This document shows, piece after piece, positions 29,540-39,792 of a DNA stretch of 64,000 nucleotides. Under the pieces are notes generated by a model. It ran no database searches and was not told the DNA's origin. It was given only the letters and a program-made list of their open reading frames with translations. The stretch is from Leptospira sp. (lineage in GTDB: Bacteria > Spirochaetota > Leptospiria > Leptospirales > Leptospiraceae), in assembly GCA_034439575.1 (NCBI GenBank), contig JAWXAQ010000002.1:64001-128000 (forward strand). The letters are read 5' to 3'. Every line of letters begins with the position of its first letter. The first letter of the stretch is position 1. Both the position numbers and the translations under genes were made by a program.

Positions 29540-31585
29540 GACAGCAAACACTAAATAGGTGATGTCGTCCTCTGGGGCGATATTCCTTGTTCTTTTGGAA
29601 ATGAAAGTATCAATTTCTTCCATCATCTTATCGATTTCTAAATCCCAATTTTTATAAAACCAATTGATGAGTTCTGTTTCACCGGATCCTTCCGCTAAGG
29701 ACTGATGACCTGTTTCATCTCGTTCCCAAATATCCCATAACCCGTCCGTATAAATTACAAAACGGTCTCCTGATTCTAAAAGGTATTCTTCTTCTGGATA
29801 ATCTACATCTTTTGAAAATCCAATAAGTTTACCTTTAGGTCTAACTGAGCTTATGCTACGATTTTTATGACTGAGATGATAAAGAGGTGGATGACCTGCA
29901 TTAGCAACACGAAAGTATTTTTCCTCCAAATTGAAATAGAGAGCAGAAGCAGTTAAAAATTGATTTTTATAAGTTCCGACGAGTGAACGATTAATTTTTT
30001 CTAAAATAAGTCCTGGGCTACTAGCAAAGCGAAGAGATTGGGTATAAGCAATTTTTAGCATAGCGGCTTCTATCGCCGCGGGAACGCCATGTCCTGTAAC
30101 ATCCGCGATCAAGCAACTAAGTTCTGTTTCACTAAGTTTAATAATATCATAAAAATCTCCACCTACAAGAGAGGCTGGTTTATAACCTGCCTTTATATCT
30201 ATATCTTCCGGATGAATGAAATTTTCAGGAAGTGTGGACTCTTGTAATTTTTGTGCGAGGATCAGTTCTTTTTGAAATGCCATTAGTTTTTGTTTGTTTA
30301 CTTCTGCCCGCATTTGTATGCGTTCATTATCTCGTCCGATTAGAGTTATGCGATCCCCTAGACCAAATGCCATAAGTACCACTTCGATAGCCATAGCAAT
30401 TTGAAAGGCATTTTCTGTGAAAGCATTCACAGGCAAAACGCCCATATATTTTAACAAAGTGCCAATGCCACCGATAATCACAAATAAAAATGCAAAAAAG
30501 AAAAATAGTCCGGGTCGAAATTTACCAACAAAGGCGATGTAATATGAAGTAACTAAACCCAAGATCGCAACTAACATAGAGAATACGTCACCAGACTCAT
30601 TCATTAATCGGTATGGCAAAAAGAATAATAAAACTATCCCAATAGATGGGAAAATCATAAAAACAAGAAAAGTCCGATAGAAAAAAGTGGAGTTCTCTTT
30701 TAAATTCATAAAAGTGATACTCATGGGAAATGTAAGAAGTAAAAATAAGTAATATATGATATTATGTAAGTGCCATACTAAGGCAGGTGAATCTGGAAAA
30801 AAGAATAAAGGCAGTAGTCCATTCAATGATAATTGAAAAAAGATAGAACCGAACAATAGGTATATAACATAAAAAATATATGCCTTATCTCGAAAGAGCA
30901 AAAATACAAATAAATTGTAAAGGGTCATCACTCCTACAATGCCAAAATAAATTCCTTGAAAGATAAAATCTTCGGCAACAAAATCATAAAAGTCTTTTTC
31001 TTTTGAAATGTATATGGGAACAGACATCGAACTATCTGTTTTAACTTCTATAAAGATCGTTCTAAGCTCCCCTGCATTTAACTGAATCTCATGCCCGAAT
31101 CCTCGGTATTTCACTTCTCGTTTTGTTTGAGTATAAAGTCTCCCTTGCGTTTTTTCAGTTATATTACCCTCTGAAAATATATCAAAAAATTTTATTTCAT
31201 CTAACAAGGGATATTTGATGAATGTAATGAGTTTTAATGGGCTTGCGGTATCATTTTTGATTTCAAAACAAAACCAATACCTTTTGTCTGTATTTCCGAA
31301 GTTTGGTATATTGCCATTCGTAGATAAAAAATCCAACGATTCTCTTTTATAAATGATATCATTGAATTGGATATTTGGATCCGATTCCGAGTGGTACTTG
31401 AGATAATTAGATAGGTCATGTTTTTCTGAGAGAGCACTCGTAACAAGAGTTTGGCTCTTCGGGCAAAATTTCGCCGGGATTGCTTTGTTTTTGTCGGACC
31501 CGAGGAGAGGGGTGATTAAAATAAGAAAAACACCCAAGGATTTTATAAATCTTGTCGAATCCTTGTGCGTTTTGCTTAGAAACAT
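29534..31585 (-). CDS. 7TM-DISM sensor with a SpoIIE/PP2C phosphatase domain
   Basis: DISMED2 plus 7TM; VGGDFYD, IADVTGHGVPAA, ANAGHPP, YTDGL, DDIT. Confidence 0.92.
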   Translation of the reverse strand: MFLSKTHKDSTRFIKSLGVFLILITPLLGSDKNKAIPAKFCPKSQTLVTSALSEKHDLSNYLKYHSESDPNIQFNDIIYKRESLDFLSTNGNIPNFGNTDKRYWFCFEIKNDTASPLKLITFIKYPLLDEIKFFDIFSEGNITEKTQGRLYTQTKREVKYRGFGHEIQLNAGELRTIFIEVKTDSSMSVPIYISKEKDFYDFVAEDFIFQGIYFGIVGVMTLYNLFVFLLFRDKAYIFYVIYLLFGSIFFQLSLNGLLPLFFFPDSPALVWHLHNIIYYLFLLLTFPMSITFMNLKENSTFFYRTFLVFMIFPSIGIVLLFFLPYRLMNESGDVFSMLVAILGLVTSYYIAFVGKFRPGLFFFFAFLFVIIGGIGTLLKYMGVLPVNAFTENAFQIAMAIEVVLMAFGLGDRITLIGRDNERIQMRAEVNKQKLMAFQKELILAQKLQESTLPENFIHPEDIDIKAGYKPASLVGGDFYDIIKLSETELSCLIADVTGHGVPAAIEAAMLKIAYTQSLRFASSPGLILEKINRSLVGTYKNQFLTASALYFNLEEKYFRVANAGHPPLYHLSHKNRSISSVRPKGKLIGFSKDVDYPEEEYLLESGDRFVIYTDGLWDIWERDETGHQSLAEGSGETELINWFYKNWDLEIDKMMEEIDTFISKRTRNIAPEDDITYLVFAVR

Positions 31586-31636
31586 AAGTGGGGGATTAGA
31601 TTTTAAATCATCTCCCTATTTTGTAAACAGAAGAAT

Positions 31637-31963
31637 TTAGGCTACGCCGGCTTCTACACCCGCTAAAGTACGAAGTGCTTCGTATGCTTTTTCTTTCTGA
31701 TTTACTTTTGTTTTATTTACCGCTTTACGTATGATCACATCCCATTGTTTTTCTGGGTGTTCTCCTTTCATATTCTCGAGGAGTTCAAGAACATTTTCAT
31801 CTTCCGAAGCATTGAAGATTTCTTCCATATCGTAGCGAAAGAGTCCAAAAAGAGCATCAATGTAGTCACCTACACTCATACTTTCCTTTTCTCCGCCGAC
31901 GATTTTTTTCTTTTCCATTCTCCGCAGTTCACGTTCTCTGCGTTCTAATTCTGTGCGTTTCAT
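31637..31963 (-). CDS. Small charged hypothetical protein (Leptospira-type)
   Basis: 108-aa ORF MKRTELERRERE...; SD AGGTGG. Confidence 0.7.
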   Translation of the reverse strand: MKRTELERRERELRRMEKKKIVGGEKESMSVGDYIDALFGLFRYDMEEIFNASEDENVLELLENMKGEHPEKQWDVIIRKAVNKTKVNQKEKAYEALRTLAGVEAGVA

Positions 31964-32082
31964 ATGAATCCACCTATAAATTTGGTGTCACTTTCACCAT
32001 CATTTCATAGAGAGGGTGCTCTGGACAGAAAAAAGCCTTCCAAAATCAGGTGAAAATTTTAAGTAAATGTACTAAATCGGAT

Positions 32083-32481
32083 TTATGTCATAACAATTTT
32101 GGAAAGGGGTCTTAGAACTTCTGTGTGCAGTGCGCGGCCAAACTCATTGTAATTGTCAGTCAGCTCTTCTCCCGGGTGGATATCACGGATCGCTACAGAA
32201 TAATCCCCACAAAATCTTTGGTTCGCATTGTCCGAGTGATTTGTAAATCGATCATCATCCACACAAAAGATATGTTTTTCATAATCAGGATGAAAGAATC
32301 CATAATACTGCACTTGGTCTTGGACCGTTGTAGGAAGATTTTTTAACTCTTCTAAGGAAATTAATACATCAAAACCAGACACGAGTCTCCAAGTGACCGT
32401 GCCTTCTGGAATGAACTCATGAGCAATGACACCTAGTCCATGAATTTTGCTCTCGCCCACCCATGCTTTTACCAATAACAT
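32083..32481 (-). CDS. Bacterial SET-domain protein (putative lysine methyltransferase)
   Basis: S.IHGLGV.A..FIP.G, RFTNHS, A.RDI..GEELT.NY motifs. Confidence 0.88.
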   Translation of the reverse strand: MLLVKAWVGESKIHGLGVIAHEFIPEGTVTWRLVSGFDVLISLEELKNLPTTVQDQVQYYGFFHPDYEKHIFCVDDDRFTNHSDNANQRFCGDYSVAIRDIHPGEELTDNYNEFGRALHTEVLRPLSKIVMT

Positions 32482-32652
32482 ACTTACCTCATTTAAGTTG
32501 AAAAATGGATATGAATCAGGAACTTTTGTAAATTAATTTTAATGGTAGGAAATCAAACAATGTTTGAAATTTACCATTGTTATGTAATATTTTTATCAGT
32601 TACCCTAACGCAAACACATCCCTTGATTTAGCAAATGACTTCGGAGAAACAA

Positions 32653-33816
32653 ATGAAATCAATTTATTATTTAATCCTGACTGTATTTTTATCAAATTCC
32701 CTATTGGCAACCGAATTGGATCTGACTAAAATCAGAGATCCAAAAACACTTCTAGAAAAAGTAAAGAGGGGATTTGATGTAGATGCTGTTCGATCTAGCG
32801 ACGGTTATACTCTCTTACATTTTGCCGCAGAGACAGGAAGTATAGAACTTACCTCAGAATTATTGCAAAGAGGGGTTACCAAAAATCCAACAATGCACCG
32901 TGGAAACACTCCTCTATCTTTTGCGATCAATTTTGAAAAAAAAGAAATCATTCGTCTGTTACTCGATGCCGGAGTCGATCCCAATTTCAAATTGGGTTCA
33001 TCTGATTACAATCGATCTCATTTTCATTACTATATGATCAAATCAAAAAAGGTGGATCGATATATCTTTGATTTATTTATAAAGAAAGGAGCCAATTTAG
33101 AAACTAAAGATTCCTTTGAAGAAACTCCCCTAATTTCTGTCGCACAGTTATCTCCCGATAAAAAAGAGCACCTCCAATTATTACTTTCTGCCAAGGCAAA
33201 TGTAAAGGCTCAAGCTCGTGGTGGAAAAACAGCACTAATGACGGCAGTCTATACACAAAATCCAGATTTCATTAGAGCAATTGTGGCAGCAGGAGCACCT
33301 GTCGACCAAAAAGATTCTGAGGGAAATACCGCACTCGTCAGTATGATCAATATGGGAGCTGGTGTTGAAGGTGATAAAGAAAAACCAAACATTATGAAAA
33401 TATTAGTCGAATTGGGTGCCAATATAAATGAACCGAATAACGATGGCAATACGGCATTACATGCAAGTGTAATAGGTCACAAGTTTGAATTGTTAGAATT
33501 TTTATGTTCCATTGATGCTAACACACATTTGGCAAATAAAAAAAATGTCACAGCACTTGACCAAGCCATCATCAACCAAAATGAAAAGGCCACAGAAATC
33601 TTATTAAAAGTAGAAAGAGAAATCAACTCCCTAGACAAATATGGATCTACAAGATTGCACAGTGCCGTGATGAACCAAAGATATGATTTGATTCGCTTAT
33701 TATTACAAGCTGGGGCCAATAAAGAAGAAAAAGATAAATTTGGAAAAACGCCATTACAACTAGCCGAATCAATGAAAGATGCTAAGGCGATTGAACTATT
33801 AGAGTCGGGTCCATAA
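32653..33816 (+). CDS. Secreted ankyrin-repeat protein
   Basis: SD GGAG before the ATG at 32653; signal peptide ending LLA; G.T.LH.A repeats. Confidence 0.88.
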   Translation: MKSIYYLILTVFLSNSLLATELDLTKIRDPKTLLEKVKRGFDVDAVRSSDGYTLLHFAAETGSIELTSELLQRGVTKNPTMHRGNTPLSFAINFEKKEIIRLLLDAGVDPNFKLGSSDYNRSHFHYYMIKSKKVDRYIFDLFIKKGANLETKDSFEETPLISVAQLSPDKKEHLQLLLSAKANVKAQARGGKTALMTAVYTQNPDFIRAIVAAGAPVDQKDSEGNTALVSMINMGAGVEGDKEKPNIMKILVELGANINEPNNDGNTALHASVIGHKFELLEFLCSIDANTHLANKKNVTALDQAIINQNEKATEILLKVEREINSLDKYGSTRLHSAVMNQRYDLIRLLLQAGANKEEKDKFGKTPLQLAESMKDAKAIELLESGP

Positions 33817-33865
33817 GGGAAAATAGACTGGATTTAATCGAAAGGGCTCATTGACTAGGAAATAG

Positions 33866-34327
33866 ATGGCATTTCAGCGCAGTTTTTCTGCCTTTTTACT
33901 CTTCATACTCTTTTGCCAAACTATTTTCCTGGGAAGTGGTTTGCTAGGGATTTGTGCGGAAGATGCCTCCAAAATCTGCACTTGCAATCACGGCTCCAAA
34001 AAAGAGAAACATGCGCATCCCGATGATCAAAAATTTAAAATTCCAAATAAGTCAAAATTAATCAGTAAATCATCAAATAAAGAAACGGAAATCTTACCTA
34101 ACTGCCATTCGGCAGAGTCCGGTGAAAAGCATATCTGCGCCTGTAAAAAAAAGAAATCCTCTTTAGCTAGGCTTTCTATTTATCACCAAGTTTGGAAATC
34201 TGAAGGTCCAAATAGTTTAGTTCAAATCGTCTTAAATAAAGAAAAAATTTCATTAAAGGTAAATGATCACCTTCAAAACGGTTGGGGTCTTTTGCTTATT
34301 AAACCACCAAAATCTCTAGCCGTTTAA
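33866..34327 (+). CDS. Cys/His-rich leader protein of the mbnPH operon (LIC_11090-type)
   Basis: N-terminal hydrophobic helix; C.C.H, CH, H.C.C; C-terminal LIKPPK. Confidence 0.7.
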   Translation: MAFQRSFSAFLLFILFCQTIFLGSGLLGICAEDASKICTCNHGSKKEKHAHPDDQKFKIPNKSKLISKSSNKETEILPNCHSAESGEKHICACKKKKSSLARLSIYHQVWKSEGPNSLVQIVLNKEKISLKVNDHLQNGWGLLLIKPPKSLAV

Positions 34328-34397
34328 GCGCTAAAAAATCTCTTTTTAAAAACTAACCAGCATTTGCTGGGTTAACATATTATTATATAGGTATATT

Positions 34398-35318
34398 ATG
34401 AAAAAATTATCATTTCTTATCATCGCAATTTGTATTTTGCATTTGTTCGCTTGTCAGCCTGAAAAAAAAGACGATTCAAACACTGCACTAGCTTTGGCAG
34501 CTGTAATTGCATCTGGAAATGCTGTTACATCGATTCCATTCGTTCTAGTCGCTGGAACTGATACTAGCTTCGCCTGCAATAAAACTGTTACATCTCATTC
34601 TGAAAAACATATTTCGGAAAGTATGAATTTCTCCATTCGTGATGCGAGATTTTTTGTATATGATGTGAAACTAGTGCGTGCTGATGGCACTACTTCTGAC
34701 TTTACATTAACGCCCGATAATACATTCCAATCAAGCACAGTGGCACTTCTTGATTTTGAAAATAAAACAGGTGATTGTACTGTTGGAACGACAGATACAA
34801 ATACGACTCTAAAAGGCTTTGCTGTTTCAGGAATTTATGTAGGCGTACAATTCAAAATAGGTGTGCCTGATGATCAAAATAAACTTTTGAATACAACGGC
34901 ATCTGCACCATTGAATGCATCGGGGATGTATTGGAGTTGGACCTCTGGTTATAAGTTCCTAAAATTTGAATGGCTAGCAAAAGAAGGAGCCGGGACGACC
35001 AACCAATTTCACTTGGGAGGTGGAACTTGCACTGGCGGAAATGGAAGTAATTTGAATTGTTCGTATCCAAATGTCCCGACAGTAACTGTTAAAACTACAA
35101 ATAATACCACTTGGAATCCTACAACGAATCCTGTATATTTAGATGTCAAAACACTTGTTAACGGCACAAATTCAAATCTATCAGACGGTGGAGCAGCATA
35201 CACTTGTATGTCGGGAAATACGACTGCGAGATGCAAAGTCCTTTTAAATAATGTCGGTGTGAATGAGACAGATGGAAAGACCTTAACTACTCAATCTGCA
35301 TTTTATTTGAAACCTTAA
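34398..35318 (+). CDS. mbnP: MbnP-family copper-binding lipoprotein
   Basis: Lipobox LFAC; DARFFV.DV.L, VALLDFE, F.IGVP, MYWSWTSGYKFLK (WxW motif), FHLG...C...C..PN. Confidence 0.85.
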   Translation: MKKLSFLIIAICILHLFACQPEKKDDSNTALALAAVIASGNAVTSIPFVLVAGTDTSFACNKTVTSHSEKHISESMNFSIRDARFFVYDVKLVRADGTTSDFTLTPDNTFQSSTVALLDFENKTGDCTVGTTDTNTTLKGFAVSGIYVGVQFKIGVPDDQNKLLNTTASAPLNASGMYWSWTSGYKFLKFEWLAKEGAGTTNQFHLGGGTCTGGNGSNLNCSYPNVPTVTVKTTNNTTWNPTTNPVYLDVKTLVNGTNSNLSDGGAAYTCMSGNTTARCKVLLNNVGVNETDGKTLTTQSAFYLKP

Positions 35319-35326
35319 AAAAAATT

Positions 35327-35351
35327 GGCCAGAGGTCTCAAGCCTCTGGTT
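35327..35351 (+). promoter_or_regulatory. Intercistronic hairpin between mbnP and mbnH
   Basis: GGCCAGAGG-tctcaag-CCTCTGGTT with no U-tract; may stabilise the upstream mRNA or attenuate readthrough. Confidence 0.45.
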
Positions 35352-35360
35352 GGGAAAAAT

Positions 35361-36551
35361 ATGAGAATTTTAATTTTATTATCTATTATATTCGTAAATT
35401 GCCATATTCTAAATCCTGATAAAAAAAGTCAGGATACTGAAATGTTGGTAATATTATTGGCAGCTTCAGTTCCAAATTATAATTGGAATCTTCCTCCAGG
35501 ATTTCCTACACCAATCGTCCCTTCCGACAATCCAATGTCACAAGCGAAAGTAGATTTAGGTAGAAGACTTTTTTATGATAAAAATCTTTCTGCAGATCGT
35601 TCACTTGCCTGTGCCGGTTGTCATAAACAATCACTTGGATTTTCGGATGGCCGAGCTTTCGGAATCGGAATCACAGGTGAAGCACATCCTCGCAATTCAC
35701 AAAGTCTAGGTAATGCGGCCTATCATCCAAAATTAACTTGGTCTAATCCAAATATGACAACTTTGGAAATTCAGTCTCGTGTGCCTATGTTTGGCGAAAA
35801 TCCAATTGAACTCGGATTATCTAACAATGATTATTTGGATAGATTAAAATCACAAAGTATATATATAGAATTATTTAACAAAGCCTTTGGTGGTGCGCCA
35901 GGTTCCATCACAGAGCAAAATATTCGATATGGTTTGGCTAGTTTTCAGAGATCTTTAATCACAGGAAATTCTCCATCCGACAAATATACTTTTCAGAATC
36001 AATCGACTGCGCTCAATGCTTCTCAAATACGTGGATTTCGAGTGTTTAATGGAGAGACCGCAGAATGTTTTCATTGTCATGGTGGATTTAATTTTACAGA
36101 TACAAGTACACATACCCAACAAACTTCCTCAGAAGTTTTTTATCATAATAATGGAATTCTTTCAAAAGCAGAATATGATGCACTCCCAGTCAATAAACGC
36201 GGATTATATGAAGTTACATTAAATGATAGTGATCAAGGAAAGTTTCGAGCACCATCTTTGCGAAATATTGGGCTAAGTTATCCGTATATGCATGATGGTT
36301 CGTTTATGTGTGATAGTTCCGAAAATCCAAGTATTACTTCTGGTAAAACAGTTAGAGATTGTGCAGTGAATGCTCTGAGAAAAGTGATCGCCCATTATGA
36401 AAGTGGAGGCAAGTCTCATCCAAATAAAGATTCTTCTTTTATCAGACCTTTCACTTTGACAGCGCAAGAGCGAACAGATCTTGTCGAATATTTATTAACT
36501 CTAACTGATTCAGATTTTATAAATAATTCTGCACACTCTGATCCTTTTTAA
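35361..36551 (+). CDS. mbnH: MbnH-family (MauG/bCcP-like) di-heme enzyme, lipoprotein
   Basis: Two heme-c motifs CAGCH and CFHCH; P.DNPM...[17 protein letters not shown]....PYMHDG; immediately downstream of mbnP. Confidence 0.88.
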   Translation: MRILILLSIIFVNCHILNPDKKSQDTEMLVILLAASVPNYNWNLPPGFPTPIVPSDNPMSQAKVDLGRRLFYDKNLSADRSLACAGCHKQSLGFSDGRAFGIGITGEAHPRNSQSLGNAAYHPKLTWSNPNMTTLEIQSRVPMFGENPIELGLSNNDYLDRLKSQSIYIELFNKAFGGAPGSITEQNIRYGLASFQRSLITGNSPSDKYTFQNQSTALNASQIRGFRVFNGETAECFHCHGGFNFTDTSTHTQQTSSEVFYHNNGILSKAEYDALPVNKRGLYEVTLNDSDQGKFRAPSLRNIGLSYPYMHDGSFMCDSSENPSITSGKTVRDCAVNALRKVIAHYESGGKSHPNKDSSFIRPFTLTAQERTDLVEYLLTLTDSDFINNSAHSDPF

Positions 36552-36562
36552 GTTTTATAATT

Positions 36563-37498
36563 ATGAAATTTTTATCTAAAAAGTATCTACTGTTCGTTTG
36601 TGTTTGTTATATGAATTGTACTTTTGGTTCTGTTGGTGATGCAAATGCTGAGAAGTTGATCATTCTTCAAAATTTGTTATCCTTGCGAAATAACAGTTTG
36701 GTGCCGTTAAATACAACATTACAATTCTTTGATAACCAAGAAGATGATTACTTACAATATTTTTCTTTTGTCTCTTCAGGTGTTACATATAACATAGAAA
36801 TTAGAACTGATAGTTATGTGGAATGGGAAACAGGTAGTTATCGATTAAATCCACCTGAATCAATTTTGGGAAATATTGATGCAAGATCAAAGTCTGATGA
36901 TCAAATCAATTTAGAAAATAATTCCAACCTTACAAAAACACATACACCATATACGGTACCACTCGATTTACCTAGTTCAGATCTCTATGGACGGACATAC
37001 TCTTTTTTAAATTCAGGAAAGGAATCTAATTTTATAGAAACTAACAGTACAAATGAAACAGGCTCTGCATTTAACTCTAAATATTCGAAAAAGATTTCTG
37101 ATTCTCCGAACGGATTGATATCACTCGCTGTGATATCCTGGGAGGAAGTTTATCTAAATCTAAGTATTACAAAAATTGGATCACCAAACCTAGTAAAGAC
37201 AGCCAAAGTGTTACTCGGCAAAGGCAGTCTCAGCTTAAAACCAAAATGCAAAATTTCGATTAATTCGAATCGGAACAAACCTGTTTCTATTGGATTTCAA
37301 CATTCAAATCTTTTTCGAGATTATTCTCAGGGCGGCATTACTTATAGTTTTTTACAGACACTAATGTCTAAATCCGATACCGATCTTGCGATCAGTCTTA
37401 TTTCAAATTCTGACCTGTTGAGTTTTTTAAATAAAAATTTGAACACGGAAGATTTGGTTCTGAATTTTCAAGGTTGTACACCAGGAGTAGAAAAGTGA
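36563..37498 (+). CDS. Uncharacterised lipoprotein in the mbnPH operon
   Basis: Lipobox YMNC; GTGA overlap with the downstream gene. Confidence 0.7.
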   Translation: MKFLSKKYLLFVCVCYMNCTFGSVGDANAEKLIILQNLLSLRNNSLVPLNTTLQFFDNQEDDYLQYFSFVSSGVTYNIEIRTDSYVEWETGSYRLNPPESILGNIDARSKSDDQINLENNSNLTKTHTPYTVPLDLPSSDLYGRTYSFLNSGKESNFIETNSTNETGSAFNSKYSKKISDSPNGLISLAVISWEEVYLNLSITKIGSPNLVKTAKVLLGKGSLSLKPKCKISINSNRNKPVSIGFQHSNLFRDYSQGGITYSFLQTLMSKSDTDLAISLISNSDLLSFLNKNLNTEDLVLNFQGCTPGVEK

Positions 37499-38430
37499 AA
37501 TTCTATTCCATACAAATTTTAAGATACACTGTTACGATCTTTATTGCGACAATATTTCTGACTTCTCCCATATTAGCGCATCACACTGGTTCTTCGGATA
37601 GTCCAGTTGCGACTTCTCGATTTGTAGATCCATTTACAGGCAAAAGAGAAAAACCCACGAACTATTTAGTCTTAACGCAAGATTATTATCAGTCCACTCG
37701 TGAAAATAGCCATCTCTTCACAACAACTGCGTTTGCAGAAATGAATTTTTTTGGAGGACGTTTTTCGATCAATGGCTCAGTCCCTTGGAATTATTACCAA
37801 CAGCGTAACAGAGAGGATGCGGCACGAATTGGAAAAACGTATCTAGGATTTAAGTACCAGCCTTTTTTTGATTTAGATAAACCATATTTTTTTGTGATTG
37901 AAGGTTCCGTTGGATTTCCTTCTGGCCCAGATACAGATAAATTTACTGGCGGAAATTATTATTCGGGAACTGGCTTTATAAAGTTAGGATATCTTTATGA
38001 GAAATGGGCTTTCGTAACTAAGTTAGGTGGCATTCGGCCATTAACAAGCTCCCAACCAAATAATTTACAAGACAATGACGGAGTTCCTTATTATTTACGT
38101 TTGCCATCTGCCACTGCTCCAGAGCCTACTTACCAATATAAAAATACTGGCATCGCATCAGCGTATATTACTTATTATTTAATTCCCGAAATGTCTATTT
38201 TTTCAGGTATCCTATATCGTAATCCTTATAATGGGGTTGAATATTCGCAAAACAAAGATAAGCTGAATCCTCACTTTTTCACGGAAGGATCTGTTGGTTT
38301 TTCATGGAATTTTTCAGAAAAATATAATCTGAGTCTTGCCTATCGTTATCCATTGCAAAGGGATCGTGATTTTCGCCTTTACCAATCAGCCTGGACATTT
38401 GCCTTTTCTATGGAGTGGGGAAGCGATTGA
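37495..38430 (+). CDS. Outer-membrane beta-barrel transporter (LIC11086 / MetA-phenol-pathway type)
   Basis: GTG start; signal ending PILA, then HHTG; amphipathic aromatic-rich strands; GSVGFPSG motif. Confidence 0.65.
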   Translation: MKFYSIQILRYTVTIFIATIFLTSPILAHHTGSSDSPVATSRFVDPFTGKREKPTNYLVLTQDYYQSTRENSHLFTTTAFAEMNFFGGRFSINGSVPWNYYQQRNREDAARIGKTYLGFKYQPFFDLDKPYFFVIEGSVGFPSGPDTDKFTGGNYYSGTGFIKLGYLYEKWAFVTKLGGIRPLTSSQPNNLQDNDGVPYYLRLPSATAPEPTYQYKNTGIASAYITYYLIPEMSIFSGILYRNPYNGVEYSQNKDKLNPHFFTEGSVGFSWNFSEKYNLSLAYRYPLQRDRDFRLYQSAWTFAFSMEWGSD

Positions 38431-38502
38431 CAGGAAGACTAAGAATTTTACCGTGCAAGGAAATCCATATAGATTCCCAAGTTTTTGGAAAAAGGTAAAC
38501 AA

Positions 38503-39750
38503 ATGAGCAATGTTGAAATCGTACCCGTAGGTGAACTTCCTCCACTCGGAGTGGTCCCTAAAAAAATGCATGCCCAAGTCATTCGTCCAGAGAGATACGG
38601 CGAACCTACAAAATCATTCCAAGCTGAAGTTATTGACGTTCCGGAAATTGCACCAAACGAAGTGTTGGTGGCTGTTATGGCAGCAGGCGTGAACTATAAC
38701 AACGTTTGGGCGGCATTAGGTTATCCAGTGGATGTGATCGCTGCTCGTAATAAAAAAGGGGAGCCAGAAAAATTTCACATTGGTGGATCTGATGCTTCTG
38801 GTATAGTTTATAAAGTTGGTTCTGAAGTTAAAAATGTTAAAATTGGTGATGAAGTAGTCGTACACTGTGCTATGTGGGACCCAAAAGACCCTTGGGTTTT
38901 AGCTGGCAAAGATCCAATGTATGCGCCAAGTCAAATCATTTGGGGATATGAATCCAATTGGGGTTCCTTTGCGCAATTTTGTAAAGTCCAAGACCACCAG
39001 TGTCTTCCTCGACCAAAACACCTAACATGGGAAGCATCGGCAGCATATATGTTAGTTGCGGCTACCGCATATAGAATGTTACATCATTGGAAACCAAATG
39101 ATGTAAAAAAAGATGATGTAGTTTTAATTTGGGGTGGTGCAGGTGGACTTGGTGCTATGGCCATTCAAATTGTGAAAGCAGCGGGTGGAGTTCCCATTGC
39201 CGTTGTTTCATCTGATGATAAATTTGATTTTTGTAAAGACCTTGGTGCTGCGGGAGTTATCAATCGCAATAAATTCAAACATTGGGGAGCCTTAACCTCT
39301 GACATCAACAAACCAGAAGCATTTGGCCAATGGACAAAGGATGCACGTGAATTTGGAAAAGCGATATGGGATATAGCAGGCAAGGGAAAAAATCCGCAAA
39401 TTGTTTTTGAACATCCAGGCGAAAGCACACTTCCTACATCTGTGTTTGTTTGTGAAACAGGTGGTATGGTAGTCATTTGTGCAGGAACTTCTGGTTTCAA
39501 TGCAACAGCTGACCTTCGTTATCTGTGGATGAGACAAAAACGATTGCAAGGTTCCCATTTTGCAAACGATGAAAATTGTCGTGACCTCAATCAATTAGTG
39601 ATAGATAAAAAAGTAGATCCAGTTCTTGCGAAAACGTTTGAATTCAATGGAACGGGAGAATGTCACCAGCTAATGCGTGAAAACAAACATCCAGCTGGAA
39701 ATATGTCTATCTTGGTCGGTGCGAAAACAACTGGCCTTGGTGCAAAATAA
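38503..39750 (+). CDS. ccr: Crotonyl-CoA carboxylase/reductase
   Basis: [58 protein letters not shown]. Confidence 0.93.
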   Translation: MSNVEIVPVGELPPLGVVPKKMHAQVIRPERYGEPTKSFQAEVIDVPEIAPNEVLVAVMAAGVNYNNVWAALGYPVDVIAARNKKGEPEKFHIGGSDASGIVYKVGSEVKNVKIGDEVVVHCAMWDPKDPWVLAGKDPMYAPSQIIWGYESNWGSFAQFCKVQDHQCLPRPKHLTWEASAAYMLVAATAYRMLHHWKPNDVKKDDVVLIWGGAGGLGAMAIQIVKAAGGVPIAVVSSDDKFDFCKDLGAAGVINRNKFKHWGALTSDINKPEAFGQWTKDAREFGKAIWDIAGKGKNPQIVFEHPGESTLPTSVFVCETGGMVVICAGTSGFNATADLRYLWMRQKRLQGSHFANDENCRDLNQLVIDKKVDPVLAKTFEFNGTGECHQLMRENKHPAGNMSILVGAKTTGLGAK

Positions 39751-39766
39751 ATATTAAAAATTGCAA

Positions 39767-39789
39767 GTGAGGGAAACTATTTCCCTCAC
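39767..39789. terminator. Hairpin between the convergent ccr and ATPase genes
   Basis: Perfect 10-bp stem GTGAGGGAAA-cta-TTTCCCTCAC. Confidence 0.75.
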
Positions 39790-39792
39790 ATA

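Noticed and set aside
34398-36551. Methanobactin biosynthetic gene cluster
   Set aside because: No mbnA precursor or mbnB/mbnC is in the window; only the MbnP/MbnH pair is present.
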